NCBI GenBank assembly: GCA_964620925.1
Contig: CAZUKL010000003.1
Span: 4,230-68,229 of the forward strand
Direction of reading: 5' to 3'
From: an uncultured Gammaproteobacteria bacterium
GTDB lineage: Bacteria; Patescibacteriota; Microgenomatia; UBA1406; GWC2-37-13
DNA: 64,000 bases
Shown here: positions 62,189 through 64,000 of the stretch, in pieces
How positions within the stretch are numbered: position 1 is the first letter of the stretch
Layout: each line of letters starts with the position of its first letter
Position numbers and translations under genes: made by a program
Notes under the pieces: generated by a model
The model's input: the letters and a program-made list of their open reading frames with translations, nothing else
Told to the model about the DNA's origin: nothing
The model's database searches: none

Positions 62189-63316
62189 TTATGGAAGTTT
62201 GCCCAGGGTGTACACCATGTAGTTGTTTGGCACTGGGGCATTACTTGTTACGATAGTGCCACTCGTCAGTGTGCTTCCATTTACAATAGTAGAGGGCACC
62301 GCAACCCATTTTGCATTATCCCATCCTACTATGGTGAGCTTTGAGAGTGTGGAGCCGGTGAGAGTGGCAACATCGCTGGTCGCCGTCCATGCCAGGGTAA
62401 AGTTTACTGCATTGGTTCCATTGATATCCCAGTATTCGACAGGACTCACTGCCGCTACAGAAGTATCAAGAGATGTGATGGAAAAGGGTGCTCCTGTGGG
62501 GCGCGGACTCATAAATCCTCCGGCAAGATCTGAAACAACTGCAACACTCGGGTTTGCACGAAAATATGCCACATCCATATAGTATGAGTTGCCAGCAGGC
62601 AGAGGGGTGGTGATAGCCACTGGTTTGTACGCACCTCCATCTCCTACAGGAAAGGTAAATGCACCAGACCCATATTTGCGCACATACCCACTCACATAGT
62701 TCGTATTTGATACTCCAGGGGTGAGGGTCAACACAGGTGAGGAAACTCCATCCCCATAGGATAAAAATGAGTCTGCATTAGTTCGTGAGGTGCCGACTGG
62801 ACTAAAGAAATTTACACTCCCAAACAAGTACACATTTGCAGCATCGGCGATATAGGCGCCAATTGCGGCGGGGGTCGCAGTGGGAGCGGGAGTTGCGAGG
62901 ACATCAAGTGTGTTTGATGGTTCTCCCCTAGTCAACACGAGAAGGCGGCCATCGTTGCGCGCTTGATAGATCACGTTTATGGTGCGAGTATATTTACCTG
63001 ACACTCCCTTTGCGATCACCATGCCGGGTAGTGGTGGCGCTGGGGGGGTGAGATATACGTATCCCGTGGCGTTCGTAAAGGCGATAGTTGCGCCAGGGGT
63101 GAGAACGGTGGTGGGGTATGGGTTTCGGGCCAGCTTGATGAGGAGGTCATCTGCAGTCGACTCTGCAGCGAGGAGTGCGTCTGTAGATTGTTGGGCAGCA
63201 GAAGTGGTATTTGAGACGACGCCGGTGAGCCCGAGACTCGACACGAGGATAATGAGGGCAATAGACGACAAGATAATCACCGATATGAGACTTGATCCTG
63301 ATATTTTTGTATTCAT
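62189..63316 (-). CDS. Pilus-associated / minor-pilin-like protein (N-terminal TM, beta-rich body)
   Basis: N-terminal hydrophobic helix SLISVIILSSIALIILVSSLG. 4-nt overlap with the upstream gene. Confidence 0.4.
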   Translation of the reverse strand: MNTKISGSSLISVIILSSIALIILVSSLGLTGVVSNTTSAAQQSTDALLAAESTADDLLIKLARNPYPTTVLTPGATIAFTNATGYVYLTPPAPPLPGMVIAKGVSGKYTRTINVIYQARNDGRLLVLTRGEPSNTLDVLATPAPTATPAAIGAYIADAANVYLFGSVNFFSPVGTSRTNADSFLSYGDGVSSPVLTLTPGVSNTNYVSGYVRKYGSGAFTFPVGDGGAYKPVAITTPLPAGNSYYMDVAYFRANPSVAVVSDLAGGFMSPRPTGAPFSITSLDTSVAAVSPVEYWDINGTNAVNFTLAWTATSDVATLTGSTLSKLTIVGWDNAKWVAVPSTIVNGSTLTSGTIVTSNAPVPNNYMVYTLGKLP

Positions 63317-64000
63317 CTCATGCGAAGAACTAGTGAATAATCACGTGCGACACCCTGACTTGCACCCTGAACAATAGTGGAGCTTTGGACTCTCATAACA
63401 ACCCTGACAAGTTGAACACCATTTACCACTCCTCCATTTTGAAAATCTACGTTGAGGATTTTTGTGTTTATGCCATTGAGCTTTTCGACGGTGGTGCCTT
63501 TTACCACCACCAGATCATTTGCCGAAGTCATACAATAATACTGTGATTGGTTGTTTATTAGTGTGCGTAGCACTTTATTAGTATCCTGACAGGTACTACG
63601 CACCACTGGTGGTGGAGTGGGCGTGAGAGTAGGCGTGGGGGTGGGAGTAGAGGTGCTCGTTGGCTGAACTGGATAGAGGGTGGGGGTGGGAGTAGAGGTG
63701 AGCGCTGCGCCAATGATGGGGTTTATTGAGATTGGCACCACCGTAGGCACCACTATAGCGGTCAGTGCAGGGGTGGGAGCCTGCGGTCCGCTATTTGCGA
63801 GACGATTGATCGAATAGAGCGCGTTGGTGGTCCAACCAGAATAATTAGTGATGCTTGCGGACATGCTAAGGTTGCCGGATGCTGTCCTTTTGATAAATCC
63901 CCCCACGGTTATTTTCAAACTTCCTCCGGGGTGGATCAATGGATCGGCAGCGCCTGTGTGAGCAAGGGTGATTTGATATGTGTTTGCATCTACATATGCT
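63313..64000 (-). CDS. Partial hypothetical pilus-cluster protein (5' end beyond the window)
   Basis: The frame stays open from 63313 to the window edge. TPTPT-rich linker. Confidence 0.4.
   Translation of the reverse strand, partial: AYVDANTYQITLAHTGAADPLIHPGGSLKITVGGFIKRTASGNLSMSASITNYSGWTTNALYSINRLANSGPQAPTPALTAIVVPTVVPISINPIIGAALTSTPTPTLYPVQPTSTSTPTPTPTLTPTPPPVVRSTCQDTNKVLRTLINNQSQYYCMTSANDLVVVKGTTVEKLNGINTKILNVDFQNGGVVNGVQLVRVVMRVQSSTIVQGASQGVARDYSLVLRMR

Overview
The window reads as a compact, gene-dense bacterial genome with the standard genetic code (TGA, TAA and TAG all end clear genes). No rRNA genes or CRISPR arrays were found. The gene content suggests a Patescibacteria/CPR-like organism, though this is an inference. 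It includes many small TrbC/VirB2-like 'T4SS-pilin' paralogs, a sortase, type IV pilins, ComM, a SpoIID-like protein and few metabolic genes. Core blocks are a cell-surface cluster (1.7-10.6 kb), kbl-tdh, msrB, several NUDIX genes, a two-component/exopolysaccharide block (43-48.4 kb), rnhA, greA, dus, a glycosylation cluster (55.8-60.3 kb) and a pilus cluster (60.3-64 kb). There are two accessory islands. Island 1 lies next to tRNA-Asn (about 12.9-23.4 kb). It carries a large serine recombinase, a DUF262-HNH nuclease with an EcoRI-like adenine methylase, an excisionase-like HTH, a Rep-like gene and SpoVG. It also carries two tandem genes with HEPN-type R-x4-H motifs divergent from an SDH/ClpP-fold protease, plus GIY-YIG and NUDIX genes. 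It is followed by a relic of a second recombinase and a decayed, rearranged segment (23.4-29 kb). Island 2 is a 3.5 kb, integrase-less island bounded by perfect 52-bp direct repeats of the tRNA-Gln 3' part (39.27-42.83 kb), with four poorly characterised genes. Non-coding oddities include 5' tRNA fragments interrupted by small hairpin modules and a decayed GIY-YIG gene wedged against tRNA-Gln. There are also two MITE-like repeat families, a roughly 360-bp array of C5/G5 hairpins, and TATAAT-like boxes 6-9 nt upstream of many start codons, which suggests leaderless mRNAs. All calls come from reading the sequence and translations by eye; no searches were run.
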